A stretch of 64,000 nt of DNA from a bacterium. GTDB lineage: Bacteria; Margulisbacteria; Marinamargulisbacteria; JAHFDA01. Position 1 is the first letter of the stretch. Every line of letters starts with the position of its first letter. Below, piece after piece: positions 19,162-29,493 of the stretch. A program made the position numbers and the translations under genes. The stretch is from positions 1,169 to 65,168 of the forward strand of contig JAHFDA010000007.1 in the NCBI GenBank assembly GCA_023249225.1. Direction: 5' to 3'. The notes under the pieces were generated by a model. The model had not been told where the DNA came from. It searched no databases and saw only the letters and a list, made by a program, of their open reading frames with translations.

Positions 19162-20329
19162 GGTAGTTCACCAGCGCCTGGGCAAGGTTTGAAATTTTAA
19201 ATTTTTCATGGGTGCGCATGCGGGCCGCTGCGCCCCAATGGCGCACTTCATCCGGATGATTCCACAGCCAGCGTAGTTTACGGGCGATATCGTCAGCATC
19301 CAAGGCCTTGGCGTGCAGGCCCGTGACGCCGTCCATGACGACTTCGGATGGACCACAGCAATCCGACACCAGACAGGCCCGGCCATAGCGGCCCAGCTCC
19401 ATCGGCACCAAACCCATGGGTTCGTCCAGGGGCAGGTAGATGCCAAAGGCTGCGTTCGATAAGAGCTGTTCAAGCGCAGGTTCGTCCACAAAACCGGTGC
19501 GTTGCAATTCGGTTTGCAAGCGCTGCGTCTGAATGTAAGTGTCAACCTCGGATGCAAGTGGTCCCTGTCCAATCAGTTTAAGCTGAAAACCGCTGGGCCA
19601 ATGACCTTGATCACGCAACTGACGGCAAACGTCCAAAAGCAGGGATACATTTTTGTACGCTTCCAAACGACCCACCCAGACCGCATAATTCTGCGGATTT
19701 CCTGGGGGCGGGTTGTTTGCGGTTATTTCGGGCAGGCCAAAATACACTGTCTCGGCCTGCCGCCCATAAATTTGGCGCACACAAGCAGCGGTATACATAC
19801 TATTGGCAATGATATGGTCGACAACGGTCACGGCCTTTAGATCGGCATCCCGCAACTTTTGAAACTGTGCCGAATGGTATTCACGGTCGCTTTGTTCACG
19901 AAACCTGGGATCCAGACGCTGCTGGCGCACTAACACGGGCGCATATAAAGACCGCGGCGGCTCATGACAGGTCCAGACAATTTTTGGAAAATGCTTGTGA
20001 TCGTGCCTGGCCCGCGTAACCCAGATGGCTGACGGATAATGATGCACGTTAATCAGATCGAAATCGATAAAATAGTTTCGCAAGAGCCAGGCCGCAACAT
20101 CAAAGCGATAGACCCAATTAAAGACGTAGCGCGTCAGGGGTAGTTGTTGCAGGGTTATTTTTTGGGCTGCAAACAGTTTACGCAAGGCTTGATTGTTAAA
20201 CGAGCAGGCAAACACCGTGGGCTGATGTCCTTGGGCCTTGAGTGCGCTTGCCAGCCAAAGGATGATCTTTTCGGCGCCACCGTAAGTGTCTAAGCTGGGA
20301 TGAACAATTGCAATTTTCAGGCCAGACAT
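19151..20329 (-). CDS. GT4 glycosyltransferase
   Basis: GGAE, CHEPPR, EPMGLVPME and GPSEVV motifs. Confidence 0.9.
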   Translation of the reverse strand: MSGLKIAIVHPSLDTYGGAEKIILWLASALKAQGHQPTVFACSFNNQALRKLFAAQKITLQQLPLTRYVFNWVYRFDVAAWLLRNYFIDFDLINVHHYPSAIWVTRARHDHKHFPKIVWTCHEPPRSLYAPVLVRQQRLDPRFREQSDREYHSAQFQKLRDADLKAVTVVDHIIANSMYTAACVRQIYGRQAETVYFGLPEITANNPPPGNPQNYAVWVGRLEAYKNVSLLLDVCRQLRDQGHWPSGFQLKLIGQGPLASEVDTYIQTQRLQTELQRTGFVDEPALEQLLSNAAFGIYLPLDEPMGLVPMELGRYGRACLVSDCCGPSEVVMDGVTGLHAKALDADDIARKLRWLWNHPDEVRHWGAAARMRTHEKFKISNLAQALVNYHAS

Positions 20330-21456
20330 GCTTGATACGATTTTACCGTTGCAGCCACAGTTTTCGACCAGGTCAGTTCTGACGCGCGTTGCCGACCCTG
20401 GGTGACAAGCGATTGTCGCAGCACTGGCATGGCCTGCAAGCGATCAACCGCTTCGGCCAATTGTCCCGGTTGATCGGGTTCAATCAGCAAGGCCGCATCC
20501 CCAACCACTTCTGGCAGGGCACCGCGGTTTGAACACACCACCGGCACCCCATGCCGCATGGCCTCAAGCGGCGGAAAACCAAAGCCTTCGTACCAGGACG
20601 GAAACAGAAACATCGTTGCACCGGCAAACAGCTGCGCCAGTTCATCTGCCGGAACAAAACCTTTAACCCGAACCCGATTTTGAATTCCAGCCTGCTTGGC
20701 CCAGGTCTTGATTTGTTTGCTTTGAGTGCGGTCAAAGGGGCCAGCCAGCACCAGTGTCAGCGTTTGATCCTGCACCTGCGCAAAGCCTTGAATCAGACCG
20801 GGAATGTTTTTGTGCGTATCCAGGGCGCCCACAAACAAGGCATAGGGCGGCTCTGCGGAATCTTTCGGATGCGGTCTGCCCGTTTCAACTTGCTGAAAAT
20901 GATCACAGCCCAGTGGTGTGACGTAAATCTTCTCTGGCCTGAAATTCAGATGCTCCACCAAATCCTTTTGCGTGGCTTGTGACGGGGTTAGGATCGCCAG
21001 TGCCCGTTGCCCGAGCGCCTGTATCTTTTGCGCATACGCATCTGCTTCGGACTGCTGGCCATGAAAATACTTTTGAAAATCCACGTCTTTGAGCACGAGC
21101 GGAATGATATCGTGCACGGTGGCAATCACAGCCACCGATGCGGGCAATTCAAATACGTTGTACTGGGCCGTAAAGTGAAACAGGTCGATGTCGGCATCCA
21201 CAACGGGCTGACCATAGGCTTGGGAAGAACGCCTGACCCAAAACTGCCAGCCCGGTGCGCCTAACCACAGTGTGCGCAGACGCAGAGCCTCTAACTCCGC
21301 CGGATACGGTAGCGCGCGGTCGACCACGATAAACCACTGCACATGTTCAAAGGTCGGCAAATTTTTAAGCAGTTGATACACATACTGTCCCACTCCCCGC
21401 AGCCGCGAGCCTTCTTGCAAGGGACGGGCATCAATGGCAATTCGGACGGGTGTCAT
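20317..21456 (-). CDS. GT4 glycosyltransferase (MtfB/WbaZ-like)
   Basis: IAIDAR, HDIIPL, HKNI and EGFGFPPLEAM motifs. Start moved to ATG 21456. Confidence 0.9.
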   Translation of the reverse strand: MTPVRIAIDARPLQEGSRLRGVGQYVYQLLKNLPTFEHVQWFIVVDRALPYPAELEALRLRTLWLGAPGWQFWVRRSSQAYGQPVVDADIDLFHFTAQYNVFELPASVAVIATVHDIIPLVLKDVDFQKYFHGQQSEADAYAQKIQALGQRALAILTPSQATQKDLVEHLNFRPEKIYVTPLGCDHFQQVETGRPHPKDSAEPPYALFVGALDTHKNIPGLIQGFAQVQDQTLTLVLAGPFDRTQSKQIKTWAKQAGIQNRVRVKGFVPADELAQLFAGATMFLFPSWYEGFGFPPLEAMRHGVPVVCSNRGALPEVVGDAALLIEPDQPGQLAEAVDRLQAMPVLRQSLVTQGRQRASELTWSKTVAATVKSYQACLA

Positions 21457-21474
21457 GTCGGCCAATACTATAAT

Positions 21475-21559
21475 GGGGCTGCCGAAAAAGTCTGTTTTCT
21501 GCGACGCGTCATCCCGGCGAAAGCCGGGATGACGTAAAAGAGACTTTTTCAGCACTCCT
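21475..21559 (-). mobile_element. MITE-like element, internally deleted copy of the 31653 element
   Basis: Terminal inverted repeats TGCYGAAAAAGTC...GACTTTTTCRGCA around GTCATCCCGGC-GAAA-GCCGGGATGAC. Confidence 0.75.
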
Positions 21560-21679
21560 CCTGGCTACCCTAAGGGATCAGAAAAACCACCATACACTGC
21601 ATCGAAGTTGGCCTAATTTGTATGATTGCTTATATTCATTATACAAAAACAGTATTTTTTGTATAATAATTAAATTATA

Positions 21680-22972
21680 GTGAACAAGAATCAAATTATA
21701 TCTGTCCTTGAAGATTGGAATTTCTGGGATGGTCAGCGGACAGTGGGTATTGAGCGCAGCAATGGCCTTAAGCGTATGGAGCGGCTTTTGGCGACCGAAC
21801 AGGTTCTGGTAGTCACTGGGCCCCGGCGCAGCGGCAAGTCCACCTTGATGCGCCAGTATGCCAGGCAGCTCATTGAGAAGGCCGGTGTTGCGTCTGCAAA
21901 CATTCTGTTCATCAATTTTGAAGATCCGCGTCTGGATGTAACCGATGCCCGCGCATTGGAGATGGTATTTCAAATCTACTGCGAATACCGGCATCCGACA
22001 GGGGTTCCATATGTCTTTTTGGATGAGGTGCAGGAAGTGGCGGGTTGGGAAAAATGGGTGTGCAGCATGCATGAACTTGGCAAGGCGCGCATCATCGTAT
22101 CGGGCTCCAACGCCCACCTGTTGAGCCGCGAGTTGGGCACGGCGCTGACCGGACGATACGTTCCCATGACGGTTTTTCCGCTTTCATTCCGGGAGTTTTT
22201 AAAGTTTCGGGAAGCAACTCCGTTGGGCGAATTTGATATGCAGGCCCGGCTGCGCGAATATTTTGAAACCGGAGGTTTTCCGGCCGCAGTGCAGTCGCCC
22301 CAGTACCGGGAAATCCTGCTGGGCTACTACGATGATATTCTGACGCACGATCTGGTGCGCCGATACCGTATTCGCAAGGCACCGCAGTTCAAGCAACTGG
22401 CCCAGTTTTACCTGACGCAAACGGCTTCGGCCGTCACGTTTCAGTCCGCTGCCAGGCATATGGGCGTCAATACCAATACGGCCATCGCATTTTCAGAATA
22501 TCTCGAAAGCGCCTATGTGACATTTTTGATCAAGCGTTTTTCATTCAAGTTTAAGGAGCAGGACAAAAGCCCGCGCAAGGTATATGCCGTCGATCAGGGA
22601 CTGGCAAATACCGTGGGTTTCCGGTTCATGGAAAATATGGGTCGTCTGGCCGAGAGTGTGGTGTTTATGGAACTCAAGCGCCGCCAGTCCGAAAACCCGC
22701 TTCTGGAACTTTATTACTGGAAAAATGTCCAGCACCACGAGGTGGATTTTGCCGTCAAAAACGGCTTGCAAATCGAGCGCCTCATTCAGGTATGCTGGCA
22801 GCCCGAAACCGCGCGGACGCGTATGCGCGAGGTGCGCGCGCTACGGGCCGCCATGGACGAATTCGGATTGGGAGAGGCTTGGGTACTTACCCGGGATGTG
22901 GAGGTAGACGAAAACGTTTCCGGCAAGATGATTCATTTTGCGCCGTTGTGGAAGTGGTTGATGGAAGTCTAA
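21680..22972 (+). CDS. AAA_14 ATPase with DUF4143 domain
   Basis: GPRRSGKS, FLDEVQ, SGSN, GGFP, KVYAVDQGL and EVDF motifs. Confidence 0.9.
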   Translation: MNKNQIISVLEDWNFWDGQRTVGIERSNGLKRMERLLATEQVLVVTGPRRSGKSTLMRQYARQLIEKAGVASANILFINFEDPRLDVTDARALEMVFQIYCEYRHPTGVPYVFLDEVQEVAGWEKWVCSMHELGKARIIVSGSNAHLLSRELGTALTGRYVPMTVFPLSFREFLKFREATPLGEFDMQARLREYFETGGFPAAVQSPQYREILLGYYDDILTHDLVRRYRIRKAPQFKQLAQFYLTQTASAVTFQSAARHMGVNTNTAIAFSEYLESAYVTFLIKRFSFKFKEQDKSPRKVYAVDQGLANTVGFRFMENMGRLAESVVFMELKRRQSENPLLELYYWKNVQHHEVDFAVKNGLQIERLIQVCWQPETARTRMREVRALRAAMDEFGLGEAWVLTRDVEVDENVSGKMIHFAPLWKWLMEV

Positions 22973-23011
22973 GATGGGGGACTTGACCAAAATGCCTTTA
23001 TACTGAGTTTT

Positions 23012-23594
23012 GTGCGAATTCAATTTCTAATTGTTTTGAGTGACTGTCCTCAATACGGGGATGATGCCAAAGGCATGTTTTTGGTGCGATTTTTGTGGAC
23101 TTCCTGTCAGATGCAGCCTCAACATTTAGATGGTATTGCATGGGATCACGTGTACCTTTTTGACTATGATGATTCTTTATCTGCCTTTCCGTTGTGGTTT
23201 CCTACAGATGTGGTCTGGTTGCGCACGTTGACGCGGATATATTTTAAAACCTGTGTCATGCAGGAAACGCAAACCGATATGAATTATAAGGTTTTGCCGT
23301 TTTTTTTGATACGGCATTGAGAGACTTTTTGGGAGACTGGCGGTATAAACTTTTGCATCGTCTAACAATGTCAAGGGTGTTCAAACATTTATTTCGCTGC
23401 CGGTTGAACAAATGGTTTTAATCAATGACCATGAATCGGTATTGTCGGCCATCGACCATGTGCTAAGCCATTGGAATGAATATGCGGATATGCGCGCCGC
23501 CAATTATCATCATATCGAGCAATATCTTGAACGGGGCGCCTTTTCCATTCGTCGTCCCAAGGCCTAGGAAAGATTTATGGCCCAGATATCTTAG
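23012..23594 (+). pseudogene. Decayed paralogue of the 23601-24647 glycosyltransferase-like gene
   Basis: N-terminal part HVYLFDYDD/IYFKT/LPFF matches HVVLFDYFD/LYLKT/LPIF. After a frameshift and deletion, SNNVKGVQTFISLP...YLERG...*ERFMAQI matches SNDISAIETLVPIP...YLESG...FMAQL. Confidence 0.75.
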
Positions 23595-23600
23595 GTGGTC

Positions 23601-24647
23601 CTAAGCCAATTGAGCCATGAATAATTGGTGGGGCAAGGGTTTGCCTGGATAATAATTTCCCGACTCAAGATAACGGGACAGGAAATTTACGCCATGGTCT
23701 AGCCGATCCCAGTATGTTTTGGGATGGGTCAACAGGCGGTCGATTATCGGTAGCACCGGCTGATGATCCGGAATGAGGAACAGGGCTTCCTTTGGTATGG
23801 GCACCAAAGTTTCTATGGCGCTGATGTCATTGGAAATCACAAACGAGTAACTCCAAACGCCTTCAAAATGACGATAGGTCCATCGGCTGTGGCCAGCCGG
23901 AGCTAAAACAATTTTTGACTGAAGCATGGTGTTGAAGTAAGTTTCAAAATCTAATTTTTGGCCCTTAAAGAACAAGTGATCAATTGGGCCGTGCTGGCTT
24001 TGGCATTGATCCAAAGGAAAGTAGGGGAGTTGGAGCAAGCCACCGAAAAAAGAATGCCGTGCTGCGGGCATCAATTCTAAAAGCCAATCGACGCGTTGGA
24101 AATAATTTGTTGAGGTGCCTGTGGAAAATTTATCGAGCCAGGTGGGGGTGCCAATAAAATGGATGTCGATTTTGCGTTTCTGAAACCAGAGATGTTTTAA
24201 AAACCGCGGAGAGTGTCGTGATAGTGACCGATGATGAAGAATGGTGCGAACATGGGCGTTAAAAAAAATGGGTAGTAGACCGATTTTGACATCGTCAATT
24301 ATTGGCAGATGATTTAGGCGACTGGTTTTAAGGTACAAGGAGCTAAGGGATTTTAAAAATAATTGATCAGAATAGTCCCAGCGGAGCCTCGGTTCGTCAA
24401 AATAGTCGAACAGGACGACGTGTTTGAATGTTATTTGGTGTAGATCCCTGGTATTAAAATGAGTGGGCATTCCAATAAAAAGATAATCCGTTGTAATATT
24501 GTCCAGCGCCTGCAGTTCGCTTAAGCTTAAACATCGTAGTTTTTCCGGTGGGGTGAAGCAACCCAAAAATGAGTAAAGTATTTTACCCTGGATATCAATA
24601 TTAAAGCGGGCATCGTCGCTTAAAATAATGAGATGGTTCAGGATCAT
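23601..24647 (-). CDS. Putative glycosyltransferase (GT-B-like C-terminus)
   Basis: SKIVLAPAGHSRWTYRHFEG motif; overlaps the upstream GT4 gene. Confidence 0.6.
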   Translation of the reverse strand: MILNHLIILSDDARFNIDIQGKILYSFLGCFTPPEKLRCLSLSELQALDNITTDYLFIGMPTHFNTRDLHQITFKHVVLFDYFDEPRLRWDYSDQLFLKSLSSLYLKTSRLNHLPIIDDVKIGLLPIFFNAHVRTILHHRSLSRHSPRFLKHLWFQKRKIDIHFIGTPTWLDKFSTGTSTNYFQRVDWLLELMPAARHSFFGGLLQLPYFPLDQCQSQHGPIDHLFFKGQKLDFETYFNTMLQSKIVLAPAGHSRWTYRHFEGVWSYSFVISNDISAIETLVPIPKEALFLIPDHQPVLPIIDRLLTHPKTYWDRLDHGVNFLSRYLESGNYYPGKPLPHQLFMAQLA

Positions 24648-25852
24648 GAACGGGCTTTCATCAATTGATGGCAATGCTCAAGATACCAGTCAAAAAATCT
24701 GGTAAAGGAATACTGATCGTTAACCCACCGCTGCGCGGCTTTTCCCATATGGCGCATGGCTTCTGGCTGGGTGAGACAATCGTTTAATGTCTTGGCGATG
24801 GCATGGATATCCAGCGGATCGACACACAACCCTGTAATCTGGTGTTGCACCGTTTCAGCTGGCCCGCCATGATTGGTGGCGATCGTTGGAACCCCCAGCA
24901 AAGCAGCCTCCAGCGGCACAAGTCCCAGGGGTTCATCCAACGAGAGATAGATTAAGGTGATCGCATTTTTTAAGAGTTGTTGTTTTGCGGTATTGGGGGC
25001 AAATGGAATCATTTGCACGTCATTTTGCAAGTGCAATTCCCGTATTAGATTTTTGCATGGAATTTCTTCGCGTCCCTTGCCAAGGATTACCAGCTGAGCG
25101 GGGTTGGGGGTATACCGTTTGAAAATTGAAAAGGCTCGGATGACATTGGGTACGTTTTTTTCATTTTCTAGACGTGAAATTACTATAAAATACGGTGCCG
25201 CAGGCTTAAAAAAATTATCCGCATCAATTCCCGAGTTTTGTTCGGTAATAATATTGGGATCGGTGGCGTACCAATGATAATCAGTGGTTTGTCCGTATAT
25301 CTCCCGAGTTTTGTGGAAGGAGTACAGCGAGTTACACAAAATGGCACCGGAGAGTTTGGTGGCCTTTAATTCTGTGCGTTGAATCCAATTCATGGTGTCC
25401 GGGTGATCCGTATAAAAGTTGGCATTGGTTAGGGACGAGTTGGCGTAATGTTCATTAAGAACACGTTTGAACACATTACGCGGAGCTTCGTGGCAAGTCC
25501 AAAGAATGGGCGGGTGCGATATACATAGTCTTTGGGCATAAAGCAACCAAATGTTGCTTGGGAAATTGTGGGTGTTTACAAGGTCAGCCCAACGCAATGA
25601 GGGTGCTAATCGCAAGGCAATGTAATACCAATACCATTCATTAATGCGGCCACCTGGCTGGGGCAGGTTGATATACTCAATATTATATTGTTTAAACTCC
25701 TTGATAAAAAAGGGGGCGATCTGGCAACTGGCAACGCGTACCTGATAAGCTTTCTGCGTTAAATTTTTAGCTAGGCTTAACACCACAAGTTCCGCACCTC
25801 CTACAAATTCCAGAGTGCTTTGTAAAATTAAAATTTTTTTTGCCGAATTCAT
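24644..25852 (-). CDS. GT4 glycosyltransferase
   Basis: GGAE, CHEAPR, EPLGLVPLEA and GGPAETV motifs; paralogue of 19151. Confidence 0.9.
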   Translation of the reverse strand: MNSAKKILILQSTLEFVGGAELVVLSLAKNLTQKAYQVRVASCQIAPFFIKEFKQYNIEYINLPQPGGRINEWYWYYIALRLAPSLRWADLVNTHNFPSNIWLLYAQRLCISHPPILWTCHEAPRNVFKRVLNEHYANSSLTNANFYTDHPDTMNWIQRTELKATKLSGAILCNSLYSFHKTREIYGQTTDYHWYATDPNIITEQNSGIDADNFFKPAAPYFIVISRLENEKNVPNVIRAFSIFKRYTPNPAQLVILGKGREEIPCKNLIRELHLQNDVQMIPFAPNTAKQQLLKNAITLIYLSLDEPLGLVPLEAALLGVPTIATNHGGPAETVQHQITGLCVDPLDIHAIAKTLNDCLTQPEAMRHMGKAAQRWVNDQYSFTRFFDWYLEHCHQLMKARS

Positions 25853-25937
25853 CTTTAGAATTATACTGGTTTGCTATACAGGGGTTCTAAGGCGTAATGA
25901 GAGGTGTTCTATTGCAGGGATATCGATTCCTATCAAT

Positions 25938-26095
25938 CAACATGATGTTATTTTGGTGCACAATTTACCTTCTTCTTATTGGGCATACGAAGCGTTCAGA
26001 CAATAAGTGATGGCTTTTTTTTACCCGGTGGTAGTTTAATGCAAAGGAAAACGCATTAACTGCATACATGGTCATGAAGTGATTTATCACGGTAC
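25938..26095 (+). pseudogene. Possible GT4 remnant
   Basis: HDVILVHNLPSSYW resembles ADLVNTHNFPSNIW; followed by frameshifted YPVVV*C and GHEVIYHG fragments. Confidence 0.4.
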
Positions 26096-26207
26096 AACAT
26101 TCAGTTGGGCTGTTCGGAATGCGTTGTATAATGGTGTGCGATGGGCCAGCTACAATCTAATCCCTGCTATGTTCTCCACTCCAAAGGCAAAACGTCACGT
26201 TAACAGT

Positions 26208-26744
26208 ATGTCCCACAGTCGATCAAAGATATCCTTGTTGGTCGTCGTTCCTGAAGAATCCATTCAATCCAAAATTTACCTGATACGAGGCGAGAAGGTT
26301 ATGCTTGATCGGGATCTGGCAATTTTATATGGCGTTGAAACCCGGGTGTTGAAACAGGCAGTCAACCGGAACTTGGATCGTTTTCCGGTTGATTTTATGT
26401 TTCAGTTGAATCAACGGGAATTCCAAAATTGGAGATCACAATCTGTGATCTCCAAAAGCGACCGGATGGGGCTCCGGTGGCGACCTTTTGTTTTTACCGA
26501 ACAGGGGGTGGCCATGCTTTCAAGCGTCCTGAACAGCAAGCGGGCGGTGCAAGTGAACATACAAATTATGCGCACGTTCACAAAACTTAGAAAATGGATT
26601 GCAGGACATGACGGTCTTCGGAAAAAAATTGAGGCGATGGAACGAAAATATGACCATCAATTCAGTGCGGTGTTTGAAACCATTAAACAGTTGCTGGATG
26701 ACAAACAAAAACCGGTCAGGCGAATTGGATTTTTAAGGGGTTGA
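26208..26744 (+). CDS. ORF6N domain DNA-binding protein
   Basis: KVMLDRDLAILYGVET, RFPVDFMFQL, FTEQGVAMLSSVL and C-terminal RIGF motifs. Confidence 0.9.
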   Translation: MSHSRSKISLLVVVPEESIQSKIYLIRGEKVMLDRDLAILYGVETRVLKQAVNRNLDRFPVDFMFQLNQREFQNWRSQSVISKSDRMGLRWRPFVFTEQGVAMLSSVLNSKRAVQVNIQIMRTFTKLRKWIAGHDGLRKKIEAMERKYDHQFSAVFETIKQLLDDKQKPVRRIGFLRG

Positions 26745-26801
26745 GGGCTTCAGGTCGGAAGGGTTGGGGAAATATTGCTGACAGCGATTTGCCAGCGTTT
26801 T

Positions 26802-27734
26802 ATGATGATGCCACATAAATTACAAATAAAAGCCTTGTGGGAAGATCTTCCGGATGTCGTGCGCCGCTGGGCTTTGCGCAGCGACCGAAAACCCTACCTG
26901 ATCAAGGCCCCGCCCTGGGGTAACGGATCGGCGGGAACGCGCGTGTTGCATTTGTTGTGTCATCGCCTGAATCAGGCAGGGGAGCACGCTTACATTATCA
27001 TCGATCATCCCAGGCATTTGAACAAAAATCTATTTACGCCGTTTGTAAGAGAGCCTTGGGCAAGAATGATGGCACTCTGCGGAGCCATTGTGGTTTACCC
27101 AGAGAGAGAACACGGCAATGCGTTTCATGCCAAAACGGTGGTGCGCTATGTGCTGAATCGGCCAGGCTTGCTGGGGGGAGATTCCATATACGATGAGCGC
27201 GAACTGGTTTTTGTTTACAGTGCAGTGTTGTCAAAATTTGTTCAAAATTCATTAAAAGGATTGCTATTTCTTCCAAGTATCGAGCCAGAGATTTTCCATG
27301 CGCGGCAGCAGGAGGAACGGGATTTGATTACGTTTTATGTGGGTAAGGGCCAGTACCGAGAGGGCGTGGTTGATCGGGGTTCATCCGGGGTTGTGGAAAT
27401 CACCAAAGTGCCTCAATGCCCAGAGACCCGGGAGGAACTGGCAGAACTTTTCCGGCGCAGTCGGGTGTTTTACTGTTTTGACATGCTGTCGATTACTGCA
27501 TCGGAGGCCAGGTTGTGTGGTTGTCCAGTGGTCTTGTTTCCCGACCAGCATTACTCAAAAGAGCAGATCGCCGAACAAGAGTTGGGATTTGAAGGTATTA
27601 CGTTTGAGAACAGCGATTCGGCCATTGAAGAGGCCCGGCGTTATGTGCATGTTGTGCAAGAACGTTATGCTGCCGTGACGGCACGCTTTAAGGAACAACT
27701 GGCTGATTTTATAGAAATGACACAAGGGGCTTAA
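26802..27734 (+). CDS. Putative glycosyltransferase (WavQ-like)
   Basis: SAGTRVLHLLCH, VVYPE, VVRYVLN and EARLCGCPVV motifs; start uncertain. Confidence 0.6.
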   Translation: MMMPHKLQIKALWEDLPDVVRRWALRSDRKPYLIKAPPWGNGSAGTRVLHLLCHRLNQAGEHAYIIIDHPRHLNKNLFTPFVREPWARMMALCGAIVVYPEREHGNAFHAKTVVRYVLNRPGLLGGDSIYDERELVFVYSAVLSKFVQNSLKGLLFLPSIEPEIFHARQQEERDLITFYVGKGQYREGVVDRGSSGVVEITKVPQCPETREELAELFRRSRVFYCFDMLSITASEARLCGCPVVLFPDQHYSKEQIAEQELGFEGITFENSDSAIEEARRYVHVVQERYAAVTARFKEQLADFIEMTQGA

Positions 27735-27744
27735 AGATTTTTAA

Positions 27745-27819
27745 CCCGGATTATTCACGCATATGAAGCGGACTATTACACACGGGAACCCGCTACGAGT
27801 AAAGTATGAATAGTGCGGG
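27745..27819. mobile_element. Short inverted-repeat element, copy 1
   Basis: TTAA|CCCGGATTATTCA...ACGGGAACC...ATGAATAGTGCGGG|TTAA. Confidence 0.7.
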
Positions 27820-27842
27820 TTAAATTTTTTGACATGAAGCAT

Positions 27843-29465
27843 TTATTCAATTTGCTTGTAACTCATAAAAAAATCCAGTGGCTTTGACAAGCCCTGATAA
27901 ACCATCCACGGCCCTACGGTGTGACTTTGATGCCGAATCTTTTGCTGCTCCAAGGTTTTGGCAAATGCATTTTGCGCTTTGGATCCAGATTTAAGCACAT
28001 AAGCGACTTGCATGGCGGGTGCGTCCAGCATGGTTTGACAAAGACTTGAATAGTTAAGCAAACGCTTTTCACGATCAAAAGGCACACCCTTTAAGTGTCC
28101 GTGAGATAAAAATTCCAGGGTATACAGCGCAGCGTATTCCACAAACACATAGCGGGCACCACAGTCTTGCAAGTCCGAGGTCAAGTGACTCAGCTCCCAT
28201 TCGCGCGACGTTGAAAATGAGTTAAGCAGACCCTGGGCTGCAACCGTTTGATAGTTGAGTCCTGCCAGATACAAGACCAGGCCCAGGATCAGAACAAGCT
28301 TTTTATTTTGATTTAATCGGGAACAAACAAAATCGAGTCCCACATAAAGGGTGTACGGCAGTACGCTAAGCAGGGGCAACACAAAACGTATGCTGCTGAC
28401 ATCGTGTAGGTTGGGGGTAAACACGTAAACCAACAGGCACATAAAAAAATAAAGCAGCATGAGTTCGTGATCGGTAAACTTTCGACGTTCGAGCGCAACC
28501 GTAGCGCGCCATACCGGCCAGCTTTGATAAATCAGGCGTGTGGCGGCTAGCAGGACTACCCATGTATACAAGATGCCCAAGAGGGCCAAAAGGTCTGGCC
28601 ATCCAACGGCGGCAGGCAAAACAGCAATCGCCTGCACACCCAATAAAAGCGGAAGTATCTGTATGAACAAAAGGCTAAGATTTCCCAATAAACCAAGTGG
28701 CCCCACCAGGCACCAGGGCGCCGCTGGCGGAAAGTAGCCAGATGCGGGCACAAAGTATGCTAATAATTTTGGACTATATCCAATCAGAAAACTGGCACAT
28801 CCCAGTTGCCACAAGCGCTGGGTAAACACGTTGCGCAGGATGTCACGCAGTCCGTATTGCAGTATTCCCCAAGCCACAAAAAACAATACATAGACAACGG
28901 CGAGGCTATAGGTATAAAACGCCAACCCGCAAAAAAACGCTGCTGCCGCAATCCAGACTGCTTTCAACGGGGTGGGGGTATGCCTCGCTTTAAGGGCCAG
29001 ATAAATTGAAGCCGTGCCTAGCACAGTGACAGTCATGTGGCCCCCAACGGAAAACCAAGCATAATAATGTAGTGCTGGGGTGCCTATGGCCAGTAGTAAC
29101 ATGACGGCCAAACTTAGACCACGCCGACCGGTTAACAAGACCAATGTCTGATAAGCAATGATTAGAAATGCCAGGTACAACACAAAAACAGCTGACTTAT
29201 AGGCCAGCACCGTGGGTCCCAGAACTTTCATAAACAAACCACACCACAGAAGTTCAGTGCTGCCCTGGTATGGGGCGCCAGGCAATATCAGGGGTAAGGG
29301 ATCACCGCCCGACAAGGTATGTAACACCAACGTCGCGTTAAAGGCTTCATCAGCATGAAAATGGTCTAAGGCATGATGCAAGTACGGCACATGAAAAAAC
29401 GTAAATACCAGAGCCAATAGAAGTGCAGAAATCCAAGGTGAGCGTATAAGTCGATTCAATATCAT
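27843..29465 (-). CDS. GT-C (ArnT/PMT-like) membrane glycosyltransferase
   Basis: ADEAFNA, PGAPYQG, SVGGH and GLAFYTY motifs; many TM helices. Confidence 0.75.
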   Translation of the reverse strand: MILNRLIRSPWISALLLALVFTFFHVPYLHHALDHFHADEAFNATLVLHTLSGGDPLPLILPGAPYQGSTELLWCGLFMKVLGPTVLAYKSAVFVLYLAFLIIAYQTLVLLTGRRGLSLAVMLLLAIGTPALHYYAWFSVGGHMTVTVLGTASIYLALKARHTPTPLKAVWIAAAAFFCGLAFYTYSLAVVYVLFFVAWGILQYGLRDILRNVFTQRLWQLGCASFLIGYSPKLLAYFVPASGYFPPAAPWCLVGPLGLLGNLSLLFIQILPLLLGVQAIAVLPAAVGWPDLLALLGILYTWVVLLAATRLIYQSWPVWRATVALERRKFTDHELMLLYFFMCLLVYVFTPNLHDVSSIRFVLPLLSVLPYTLYVGLDFVCSRLNQNKKLVLILGLVLYLAGLNYQTVAAQGLLNSFSTSREWELSHLTSDLQDCGARYVFVEYAALYTLEFLSHGHLKGVPFDREKRLLNYSSLCQTMLDAPAMQVAYVLKSGSKAQNAFAKTLEQQKIRHQSHTVGPWMVYQGLSKPLDFFMSYKQIE

Positions 29466-29493
29466 GGCACGGTAACGTACAATTATAAGCCCG

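Noticed and set aside
23318..23567. Stop-codon readthrough or recoding in the 23012 remnant
   Set aside because: The homologous C-terminal part is in a different frame and a large internal segment is missing, so decay explains it.
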